Part shown: piece by piece, positions 39,163 through 47,900 of the stretch
Numbering within the stretch: position 1 is the first letter of the stretch
Layout: every line of letters begins with the position of its first letter
Source: Planctomycetota bacterium
Lineage (GTDB): Bacteria; Planctomycetota; Phycisphaerae; UBA1845
Direction: 5' to 3'
DNA length: 64,000 nt
NCBI GenBank assembly: GCA_024276605.1
Contig: JAJRWX010000050.1
Coordinates: forward strand, 5,695 to 69,694
The notes under the pieces: model-generated
Told to the model about the DNA's origin: nothing
Seen by the model: only the letters and a program-made list of their open reading frames with translations
Database searches by the model: none
Translations under genes and position numbers: made by a program

Positions 39163-39918
39163 GTGGCGCATCCGACGGAATCGGTATCCTTACAAGACAA
39201 ACATTACTTTTTAATACGACGCTTGCATTCGCTGCTGGGCTTGGTGCCCGTCGGGGCGTTCTTGTGCGTCCACCTGCTGGCCAACGCCACCGTGCTCGCC
39301 CCGGGTGAGCCGGGCGGGGAATTTCAAAAATCAATCGAGCGTATCCATGCACTGGGGCCGTTTCTCGTACCGGTGGAAATTGTGTTCATCTTTCTGCCGC
39401 TCCTATTCCATTCGCTGCTCGGGTTTCAAATTGTGTTTAACAGCGAATCCAACGCCCAGCAATATCGCTACGGGAGTAACATTCGGTTTATGTTACAGCG
39501 CGTGACCGGCATTCTGGCGTTCGTCTTTATTTTCTATCATGTATGGCAGATGCACTGGTTCGGTAAACCCGTGGGTGGCGGTGCGTTCGAGTTACATAGT
39601 GAATCAGGCGCTGCCACAGGGGCCATCACTACGGCTCAGGCCATTCAACACGCCTGGTGGATTGCCCCGGTATACGGGGTCGGTGTACTCTCGTGCGTGT
39701 TCCACCTAGCCAATGGTCTATGGACATCCCTGATTACTTGGGGCATTACGATTCGTCCCCAGTCACAGCGCATTGCGGGATACGTCTGTGCGACCTTTGG
39801 TGTGATACTTGGCCTTATCGGCATGGGCGCACTTAGCGGATTTCGAACGTTTGACCTGAAATCACCTCCGCCGGTTGTTGGTGATGCCCACGCAAACATA
39901 GCGGACCACGAACACTGA
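39163..39918 (+). CDS. sdhC: Succinate dehydrogenase/fumarate reductase cytochrome b subunit (Bacillus-type, 5 TM)
   Basis: YFLIRRLHSLLGLVPVGAFLCVHLLANA closely resembles b558-type SdhC. GGAAGGAG precedes the GTG start. Confidence 0.85.
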   Translation: MAHPTESVSLQDKHYFLIRRLHSLLGLVPVGAFLCVHLLANATVLAPGEPGGEFQKSIERIHALGPFLVPVEIVFIFLPLLFHSLLGFQIVFNSESNAQQYRYGSNIRFMLQRVTGILAFVFIFYHVWQMHWFGKPVGGGAFELHSESGAATGAITTAQAIQHAWWIAPVYGVGVLSCVFHLANGLWTSLITWGITIRPQSQRIAGYVCATFGVILGLIGMGALSGFRTFDLKSPPPVVGDAHANIADHEH

Positions 39919-39992
39919 GCCACGGGCTGAAGCACGCGGCTCGGAAGAATTGATAAAAAGTAGTTCATAGCAGTAGATAGCGGAATCAACTT

Positions 39993-41969
39993 ATGGCTCA
40001 TCAAAATGTCGTCGTTGTCGGTGGCGGGTTAGCAGGATTAGCCGCGGCTATGCGTCTTGCAGAAGCCGGGCTTCATGTTGACCTCATCAGTATGGTCCCC
40101 GTCAAACGCTCACACAGCGTCTGTGCCCAGGGTGGCATTAACTCAGTCAACGAATACACCCGGCAACAAGGCGACAACGAATGGCTTCACTTGGACGATA
40201 CGGTCTACGGCGGCGACTTCTTACAACATCAGCCACCGGTCAAGGAAATGTGCGACTGGGCACCGAGGGTGATCGATCTGCTCGATCGTCTGGGTGTGAC
40301 CTTTAATCGCACCAACGAAGGCCTGCGCGATCAACGACGATTCGGCGGTACGCTCTATAAAAGAACCGCTTTCGCCGGCGCCACCACGGGGCAGCAGCTC
40401 ATCTACGCTTTAGACGAACAGGTTCGCCGCTGGGAAGCCGATGGGCTGGTCGACAAATACGAGTACTGGGAGTTCCTCGGCCCCATTCTCGACGACCAAG
40501 GCCAGTGTCGCGGTGTGGTAGCGCAAGATATGTTTAGCATGGAGATTCGCTCTTTCCGTGCTGATGCCGTGGTCTTAGCTACCGGTGGCTGCGGGTTGGT
40601 ATATGGCCGAAGCACCATGTCGATGATCTGTACCGGCGGCGCTGCGGCTCGTGCATTCAGAGCCGGCGTCAATTACGCCAACGGCGAATTTATTCAGGTT
40701 CACCCCACAGCTATTCCCGGTACCGATAAGCTTCGTCTCATGAGCGAGAGCGCTCGCGGCGAAGGAGGCCGGGTCTGGGTTCCGAAAAAACCACAAGACG
40801 ATCGAGACCCGATGTCCATCCCCGCCTCCGAACGCTATTATTTCCTCGAAGAAAGATATCCCGAATATGGGAATCTGGTTCCGCGCGATATAGCTACGCG
40901 AGAAATTTTCGACGTGTGCGTCAACCTCAATCTCAGTGTCGAGCAGGATCGACTTTGTGTGTATCTCGATGTGACCGAATTACCCGCAACGACGCTAAAA
41001 AAGCTGGACGGCATTCTCGAAATTTATGAGAAGTTCCAAGGTGACAACCCGCGCGTCGTCCCTATGAAAATTTTCCCAGCGGTACACTATTCTATGGGTG
41101 GTCTATGGGCGGATTTTGAGCGTGATGACAAGACCGGCGGCATGGTCATCGGCTCACCCCGCAATCATCTCAGCAACGTACCGGGTTTGTATGTCATTGG
41201 CGAAGCTGATTACCAATACCACGGTGGGAACCGTCTCGGGGCTAACTCGCTACTGAGTTGCATCTTTACCGGCTTATTCGTGGCACCAACTATCGAAAAT
41301 CAACTAACATCGCTGAAAAACGGCTCTTCAAACGATGCCCCGGCGTCGTTGTTTGACGGGGCAGTAGCCGAGCATAAACAGCAGATGGCTGATTTGATCG
41401 CTCGAAACGGTGATGAGAATCCTTATCAATTGCACCTGGAACTCGGCGATTCGATGACCCGCAACGTGACTGTCGTTCGCAGAAACAAAGATATCGAATC
41501 CACGCTGAGCAAAATCGCAGAATTGACCGCTCGCTATAAGCATATCTCATTAGCGGATAAGGGTAACTGGACCAATCAAAATTTCAGCTTTACGCGGGCA
41601 CTCGGCGATATGCTACTCATGGCCAGGGTTATTGCCCAAGGGGCATTGCAACGAGATGAATGTCGCGGCGCTCATTTTGAGCCCGATTTCCAGATCACCG
41701 CTCCCGATGCGGATGATCCGGCTACATTGCGAAAGCAAGCGACAACCTGGTGTCAGTCGTTCAAGAAGAAAAACGAACAGTGGCTTAAGTCGACCATCGC
41801 CAAGTATACGCCCGACGGTGTGGAATTTAGTTACGAAGATGTTGATACGAGTTTGATCCCACCTCGGCCTCGGACCTATGGCCTAAAAGGTGCGGAGATT
41901 ATTGGGGAAGTCTGGAGCGAGATGCTCGCCGCAGCCGACAGTGATAAAGAAGCTAAAGTCGGTACGTAG
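39993..41969 (+). CDS. sdhA: Succinate dehydrogenase/fumarate reductase flavoprotein subunit
   Basis: VVVGGGLAGLAAA FAD motif. HSVCAQGGI marks the covalent-FAD His region. RGEGG and HYSMGG motifs are present. Confidence 0.95.
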   Translation: MAHQNVVVVGGGLAGLAAAMRLAEAGLHVDLISMVPVKRSHSVCAQGGINSVNEYTRQQGDNEWLHLDDTVYGGDFLQHQPPVKEMCDWAPRVIDLLDRLGVTFNRTNEGLRDQRRFGGTLYKRTAFAGATTGQQLIYALDEQVRRWEADGLVDKYEYWEFLGPILDDQGQCRGVVAQDMFSMEIRSFRADAVVLATGGCGLVYGRSTMSMICTGGAAARAFRAGVNYANGEFIQVHPTAIPGTDKLRLMSESARGEGGRVWVPKKPQDDRDPMSIPASERYYFLEERYPEYGNLVPRDIATREIFDVCVNLNLSVEQDRLCVYLDVTELPATTLKKLDGILEIYEKFQGDNPRVVPMKIFPAVHYSMGGLWADFERDDKTGGMVIGSPRNHLSNVPGLYVIGEADYQYHGGNRLGANSLLSCIFTGLFVAPTIENQLTSLKNGSSNDAPASLFDGAVAEHKQQMADLIARNGDENPYQLHLELGDSMTRNVTVVRRNKDIESTLSKIAELTARYKHISLADKGNWTNQNFSFTRALGDMLLMARVIAQGALQRDECRGAHFEPDFQITAPDADDPATLRKQATTWCQSFKKKNEQWLKSTIAKYTPDGVEFSYEDVDTSLIPPRPRTYGLKGAEIIGEVWSEMLAAADSDKEAKVGT

Positions 41970-42013
41970 CATGGACTTGATGTTTCGGACCCTGGGTCAC
42001 ATAGGCGGGTGTC

Positions 42014-42084
42014 GGGTGGCATGAGTGAGTAAGCAGGTGATGACGGGTGGGTAGCATGGGTAAGCAGCAGCTTACCCGTGTTGT
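42014..42084 (+). repeat. GGGTGGCATG-box hairpin element inside the sdhA-sdhB spacer
   Basis: GGGTGGCATG at 42014-42023. GGGTAAGC-AGCA-GCTTACCC hairpin at 42058-42077, followed by GTGT. The flanks match those of the 36359 element. Confidence 0.6.
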
Positions 42085-42146
42085 GTAAAAATAGACGGCA
42101 GTATGATGCAAAAGAACTGGAGGCGGCCAGCGCCGCAATAATCGCC

Positions 42147-42905
42147 ATGGCTAAGACCTTTACGGTAACCGTCCAACGGCAAGATAATCCGCACGGTGGT
42201 AAGTACAGCGAATCTTTCGAGCTGCCTTACGAGCCGGGCATGAATATGACGACGGTGTTGCAGCGCATCGCCGCTAACCCTGTCACCTCAGATCATCAAA
42301 CATCTGCGCCGGTAGCCTATGACGCCTGTTGCCTGGAAGAGATTTGCGGTGCCTGCACCATGGTCATCAACGGGTGTGTACGTCAAGCATGTTCAGCCCT
42401 CATTGATAACCTGCTACAAGAATCGACCGGCCCGATCGATGTTAAGCCGATGTCCAAGTTTCCCGTCGTGCGAGATTTGGTGGTTAATCGCAAGCCGATG
42501 TTTGAGTCACTCAAGCGTGTGAAAGCCTGGATCGCGGTCGATGGCTATCATGATCTAGGCGCCGGACCTCGTGTTTCCGTCCCCCAGCAGGAAGAGGCTT
42601 ATCCGTTGTCTCGTTGCATGACCTGTGGCTGTTGCGTCGAGGCGTGCCCACAGTTTAACGATAAATCTTCATTCATCGGCCCGGCGGCCATCTCTCAGGC
42701 CATTTTATTCAATGTACACCCCACGGGGAGCATTGACCGAGAGCATCGTCTGGAAGTTCTAACCAGTCCCGGTGGCATTGCCGATTGCGGCAATAGCCAA
42801 AACTGTGTCAAAGTGTGTCCGAAAGAAATCCCCCTGACCGATTCCATCGCTAAAGCAGGCCGAGACACGACTTTGTACAAATTACGCCAATTCTTCGGGC
42901 GATAG
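42147..42905 (+). CDS. sdhB: Succinate dehydrogenase/fumarate reductase iron-sulfur subunit
   Basis: Three Cys clusters: CLEEICGAC, CMTCGCCVEACP and CGNSQNCVKVCP. The start is placed at MAKTFTV (42147). Confidence 0.9.
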   Translation: MAKTFTVTVQRQDNPHGGKYSESFELPYEPGMNMTTVLQRIAANPVTSDHQTSAPVAYDACCLEEICGACTMVINGCVRQACSALIDNLLQESTGPIDVKPMSKFPVVRDLVVNRKPMFESLKRVKAWIAVDGYHDLGAGPRVSVPQQEEAYPLSRCMTCGCCVEACPQFNDKSSFIGPAAISQAILFNVHPTGSIDREHRLEVLTSPGGIADCGNSQNCVKVCPKEIPLTDSIAKAGRDTTLYKLRQFFGR

Positions 42906-42994
42906 TGGCTATATCATTTCTGCGATAGCCTCTGACTGTCGATACAACCAGCAAGGCTGATGGGACGCTATTCAAACAAGTTATAGAGGTTTGT

Positions 42995-44518
42995 ATGTGC
43001 AATCGTTTATTCAAGATCATCTGTCTATTTGCTTTAACCACGACCGCATCAGCCAAACCCATTGACCCCAACAATCCAACCGACGGTCGCTTCGCAGACG
43101 ACTGGGGCGTGATCTATCTCGCCGGTCAAAAAGTCGGATATATGGACGCCACCATGACCCGCCAAGGCGACCACATACTTTCGGATACCACCACCGTCAT
43201 GCGCCTCGGTCGCGTCGATCAACCGATCAAAATTAAGCTTATAGAAAAATCCACGGAAACCATAGCCGGTAAACCTATTTCATTCGAGTCCATACAAGAT
43301 TTATCCACGCACCAATCCACCGTCAAAGGCCGCATCAAAGATGGCAAGGTATATATCACCAACTCTCAATTCGGCGTTGACCTCAAAGACGAATACGACT
43401 TCCCGGAAGGAGCCGTCCTGAAATCGTGGGCCATGTTCCGTGAGAGTCTGTTACGCGGACTAAAACCCGGTACAACATACGAGAATAATCTTTACGAACC
43501 ATCCATGCGCGTCGATGGCATCATCAAAGCCAAAACGACCATCGGCCAGGTCGAATCCATCGACATCCTCGGCGTCAAAACCCAAGGCCAACGCGTCACC
43601 GTCGAAATGATTACACCGCTTGGTTCTATGGCTATGCACTCTTGGGTCGACCCGGATGGATGGATGATTAAAGCCTCCATCCCAGCCCCCGGCATGGGCA
43701 ACATGGACATCATCATCACCACCGCAGCCAAAGCCCTAGCCGATTTCATCCCGCCGGAAATCTTTATGACCTCCAGTATCAAGGCTGGGCGACGCATCGA
43801 CACCAATGCAGCCGGACAGATTACCTATCGCATCAAGCGGAAAAATAAAGACATAGACCTCGGTGAACTGCCATCCACTGCCATGCAGCGTGTCATCTCC
43901 GCGACACCCGATGCCATCGAGCTAACGGTCACGCGCCAATCTCACACGCGACAATCCGCCAAGGCCGTAAAACTAGACAAGACCCAACTGCGCGATTACC
44001 TCTCCAGCAACCTGATGATTAACAGCCAAGACCCGCAAATCATTGCCTTAGCGACCAAAGCCGCCGCTGGTGAATCCGACCCGTTCATACTCGGCGATAA
44101 ACTCCGCATATTTGTGACCGACTATATCGAAGAAAAAAATCTCAGCGTCGGCTTCGCCACCGCCAGCGAAGTCTGTCGCACCAAGGAAGGCGATTGCAGC
44201 GAACACGCCGTCCTGCTCGCCGCGCTGGGCCGCGTCCATAACATTCCCTCCCGCGTCGCCGTGGGATTAGCCTACGTCCCACTCTTTGGTCAACAAGACG
44301 ACATCTTCGGCTATCACATGTGGACGCAGTTCTACATTGACGGTCGATGGATCGACTTCGACGCCGCCCTACGAGAAACCGATTGCAGCCCCACACGCAT
44401 CACCTTCGCCACCTCATCCCTAAAAACCGCCGGCGGCGCCGACCTGAGCCTACCCCTCATCGCCAAAATAGGCGGTATCGACATCGACATCCTCAACATA
44501 AAACCCCGCACGAAATAA
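42995..44518 (+). CDS. Secreted transglutaminase-like domain protein
   Basis: Signal peptide present. The C-terminal core KEGDCSEHAVLLAALGR ... GYHMWTQFYIDGRWIDFDA is consistent with a transglutaminase Cys-His-Asp core. Confidence 0.7.
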   Translation: MCNRLFKIICLFALTTTASAKPIDPNNPTDGRFADDWGVIYLAGQKVGYMDATMTRQGDHILSDTTTVMRLGRVDQPIKIKLIEKSTETIAGKPISFESIQDLSTHQSTVKGRIKDGKVYITNSQFGVDLKDEYDFPEGAVLKSWAMFRESLLRGLKPGTTYENNLYEPSMRVDGIIKAKTTIGQVESIDILGVKTQGQRVTVEMITPLGSMAMHSWVDPDGWMIKASIPAPGMGNMDIIITTAAKALADFIPPEIFMTSSIKAGRRIDTNAAGQITYRIKRKNKDIDLGELPSTAMQRVISATPDAIELTVTRQSHTRQSAKAVKLDKTQLRDYLSSNLMINSQDPQIIALATKAAAGESDPFILGDKLRIFVTDYIEEKNLSVGFATASEVCRTKEGDCSEHAVLLAALGRVHNIPSRVAVGLAYVPLFGQQDDIFGYHMWTQFYIDGRWIDFDAALRETDCSPTRITFATSSLKTAGGADLSLPLIAKIGGIDIDILNIKPRTK

Positions 44519-44562
44519 TAGAGCATAATGATCGCCCAATCGGGTGTTGGGTGACGTATGTT

Positions 44563-44599
44563 GGGTGGCATGCCCAAGCCGAAGGCGCGGGCATGTGTT
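44563..44599 (+). repeat. GGGTGGCATG-box hairpin
   Basis: GGGTGGCATG at 44563-44572. CATGCCC pairs with GGGCATG (44589-44595), followed by TGTT. Confidence 0.55.
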
Positions 44600-44668
44600 A
44601 ACCGCATATCCAGTGCGAACTCGCTATGATAACATCGTGCGCTGAACAACAATCTTGAGAGAGAAACT

Positions 44669-45181
44669 ATGATTCGTATCACTTGCTTATGCGTAGTAAC
44701 ACTACTGGCTGTATTGGTCTTCCAATCCTCTTCGCGATCGGAACAGTTTCAAGAGACATCTGCCAACAAGCGCGTTGATATTAACCAGCTATCCTGGATG
44801 AAAGGTATGTGGACCCGTCAAAAAAACAATCGCCATATGCAGGAGTTTTGGACGGAACCTGCCGGTCATACCATGATGGGTATCGCTAGAACCATCGTGG
44901 ACGATCAAACGGTTGAATTCGAGTTCCTCAGAATCGTACAGACCAAACCCGGCACCATCGTTTACTTCGCAAGCCCCGGTGGCCGATGCCCGCCAACCTC
45001 GTTCGAACTCAAGATAATCAAGGGTGAACACGTCGTCTTTGAAAACCTCAAGCATGACTTCCCCCAACGTATCATCTACCGACGTGACACCGATGGCGCG
45101 CTCCACGCCAGCATCGAAGGCGAAAGTAACGGTCAAACGCGTAAGCTCGAATGGTCTTGGCAACCACAACAGTCAAACTAA
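44669..45181 (+). CDS. Secreted hypothetical protein (DUF6265-like)
   Basis: Signal peptide present. WMKGMW...FEFLRI...VYFASPGG...FENLKHDFPQRIIYRR is a pattern I associate with that family; not verified. Confidence 0.45.
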   Translation: MIRITCLCVVTLLAVLVFQSSSRSEQFQETSANKRVDINQLSWMKGMWTRQKNNRHMQEFWTEPAGHTMMGIARTIVDDQTVEFEFLRIVQTKPGTIVYFASPGGRCPPTSFELKIIKGEHVVFENLKHDFPQRIIYRRDTDGALHASIEGESNGQTRKLEWSWQPQQSN

Positions 45182-45227
45182 CCCCGCTTAGGAACAAGCG
45201 TTTAGCTATCCCTAAATTATAGCGAAA

Positions 45228-45275
45228 CACCCGCCACAAGAGCGGGTGATCGGGCCTGGAGATGCTATCTCCAGG
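45228..45275 (+). terminator. Two tandem hairpins downstream of the 44669 gene (terminator candidates, no U-tract)
   Basis: CACCCGC/GCGGGTG at 45228-45248 and CCTGGAGAT/ATCTCCAGG at 45255-45275. Confidence 0.4.
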
Positions 45276-45576
45276 GAGGTACGCCTTATTATATATCGGC
45301 TATTAGGTCCAATGCAACTTGGCAAAACGCCTAATCGCGTACATGAGACTTTATGCCCGTGTGAACCCGGCTAGGCACCCAGACCCACCCTGTACAGCCC
45401 TCACGCGGGAGATTACAATTCACACCGCTGGATCATAGGGGAAAGCGGGCTATCCGAGGTCCGAAATCGGGCGGTAGATTCGCCACGGTTGGTTTTTAGC
45501 CAACACTGGCAAGTCGGATGCTCAACGGGGAGTTGGTCGTTTCATTAAGCTTGGCTTAGCGGAGGTTCACAACGAC

Positions 45577-46662
45577 GTGTCAAAAAATACTACGCCTGCA
45601 GTCGTAGCCATTCTGGCTTCTCTTGTATGTGTTTTGGGCTGGGTGTCTCTGCCTAGCCTGCAAAGTGCCCAGCGCCGTGTTGATACGCAAGCAGCGGAGC
45701 ATCTCGAACGCGCCCGACGCATACTCCAGCAATACAGTTTCGGTCTTTCGCACAAAGCCGTTCTTCTGGATCAGGCCTACGAACTCGGTATGGACGTTGA
45801 GCAGGAAGATAGCGCTTGGATCGCCGATGAAGAAGCGGATAACTATCAAGCGGATCACGAAAGACTCTGGGAAGGGTATAAGCCAACCGACTGGCCCACT
45901 GACCAAGAGGGTCGACCCAGACCAGCCAGGGCGAATTACGGCAATCTGTCCGGTCAAATCCGTACCGGTCTAACTTCGCGTACAAAAATCCTGCAAGAAA
46001 ACGAGCAGCTACTCGCCGACGCCTTACGCGAAATCAACGAAGCCTTAGCTATCACCGACGGATCCGCTGACACACGTTCTTACGCGGAAGCCAATCGCCT
46101 CAAGGCTGTCGCACTCTACCACCAAGGCTTATCCCATTCGATCCGCGCAAAACTCAAGCGCAACGAATCCCAGCCCCTTCGCGGACAATTGGTCGAGTTA
46201 CGAACCAAAGTCGACATATTGAAGAATGTCGAGTCTGACAATCGCATTGCGCTAACCAATGAGAAAATCGACGAACTGCAGATGATAGCCCACAAGGCAA
46301 AAACCGAAGCTGACACATTAAACGCAAAGCTGTCTAAACTCGATGACACCATCGCGGATTTCAAGCGTCGTATCGATCAAGCCACAAAAACACGTGACGC
46401 TCGATTGGCAGATATGCAATCGCTACGCAAGACCGGCCTCGACTTTAGCAACCCTAACGGCGCCGAAGATTTCACCCAACGCTACCAGCAAATAGCCACA
46501 GCCTATCGATCAGCCGATCGTCTGGTGCAAACCCTGATAGGGGGGGACTTACCCCACGCCCAAATCGATGCCAGTACCGATTACATCCAAGGTAAGTACC
46601 TCGAAAATGGCACCGACAGCAACTTGACCGTCTCCCTAGGCCATACACATTACCTGAAATAA
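45577..46662 (+). CDS. Membrane-anchored coiled-coil protein, part 1 (ends at TAA 46660-46662)
   Basis: GTG start and an N-terminal TM helix (AVVAILASLVCVLGWV). The remainder is Q/A/L/E/R-rich helical sequence. Confidence 0.5.
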   Translation: MSKNTTPAVVAILASLVCVLGWVSLPSLQSAQRRVDTQAAEHLERARRILQQYSFGLSHKAVLLDQAYELGMDVEQEDSAWIADEEADNYQADHERLWEGYKPTDWPTDQEGRPRPARANYGNLSGQIRTGLTSRTKILQENEQLLADALREINEALAITDGSADTRSYAEANRLKAVALYHQGLSHSIRAKLKRNESQPLRGQLVELRTKVDILKNVESDNRIALTNEKIDELQMIAHKAKTEADTLNAKLSKLDDTIADFKRRIDQATKTRDARLADMQSLRKTGLDFSNPNGAEDFTQRYQQIATAYRSADRLVQTLIGGDLPHAQIDASTDYIQGKYLENGTDSNLTVSLGHTHYLK

Positions 46663-46743
46663 CGTGACATACTTTCAGAGCAATTATCCGCTGCCCAATC
46701 TTCCGTCACAGCATTCGAAGAAGGCATCCAAGTACTTGAGGGT

Positions 46744-47445
46744 ATGCTGGCGATGTTTGAGCAACAACGCTCCAAAGCACAGCAGGCATTGCCCACCTTA
46801 GCCAAGACTGCCCGCGACCTATATGATGAACTTTCTCGCCTCGACGCCGAGGCCTTCTCCTTCGAGGATGACGCCCTATCGGCACTAAAAAAATCCGCCT
46901 CATCCGCCAGGCAAGCGGCTACCAACGCCCAGAATTGGGTATCGCAGGCCCGCGCCCAAATACAATCGCTTGCTCCGGAAGCTAAGAACCTTTCCCCCTT
47001 TCACACGCGCACCCAGGATGGATGGATGGCCGGTCACATAGCCTCCCAGGAAGCTGATGCACTGTTGGAGCAGGCTCGCATCTACCTACGCCGCTATCGT
47101 ACGCAACAACTGGATGCAGCGATCCTCGCTGAATTAGCCAAACCACTAAACCTGCGCGAAGCCGATCCCCAGGCATTACAAGAAGCAGCATTACAAGCTC
47201 AGACTGCCGGAGTCGATGCTGTTAGGACAGCTATGATGCGCCTCCAGAAAGCTCATCGCGAGGCCAACCGCCACTGGACGATTGTCGCCCAACAGGCATC
47301 GGCCAACGAATTGCTCACTCTGCTAGGCCAACCAGGCTATGATAAAGACGCTCTCACGGCCTACCGAAATGCCATCAAAGGACGCGAGTCTGAATCATTC
47401 TCTCAGCCCTTCCTGGCGAGAATTCATCAGCTCGAAAATAATTAA
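46744..47445 (+). CDS. Coiled-coil protein, part 2 (same frame as 45577-46662; possibly one interrupted gene)
   Basis: Same reading frame as part 1, with a 27-codon stop-free linker between them. Composition is the same. Confidence 0.45.
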   Translation: MLAMFEQQRSKAQQALPTLAKTARDLYDELSRLDAEAFSFEDDALSALKKSASSARQAATNAQNWVSQARAQIQSLAPEAKNLSPFHTRTQDGWMAGHIASQEADALLEQARIYLRRYRTQQLDAAILAELAKPLNLREADPQALQEAALQAQTAGVDAVRTAMMRLQKAHREANRHWTIVAQQASANELLTLLGQPGYDKDALTAYRNAIKGRESESFSQPFLARIHQLENN

Positions 47446-47900
47446 CGTCTTGCCTCGACTGAAGATCAGAAAGTACCCAACCGTCCGTACCCTTCTGGAA
47501 GTGGATTCTATACACACCGGTGGTGACCAATTATCCCCACCCATCCCCGGATTTCCCTGTATGATCCTGAACGCAAGTGGTTGGATGCACCAGGATAAAT
47601 AATGTGACAACACATAATTGACATCAACACTTTCAATTTGACGCTTTTCACATGCTCTCTGTTGACCTGACCCAATTGGAGGGCGATAATCACTTGGTGA
47701 GGTGAAGGCAGGGGTACACCTTTACAAGCCTTGTTGAGACGGACGTAGTTAGTTGGAAGATCGACTTCCGATAGTTGTCTGCCGCATTCATCGAACATGG
47801 GGAAGTTATAGCTGGTAGTATATGGTGTCGCATCCAGGTTTCGCGGTCCGATGATAAGACCACTAGGCCAATAACAGGCGACTTAATCGAAAATAGACCG

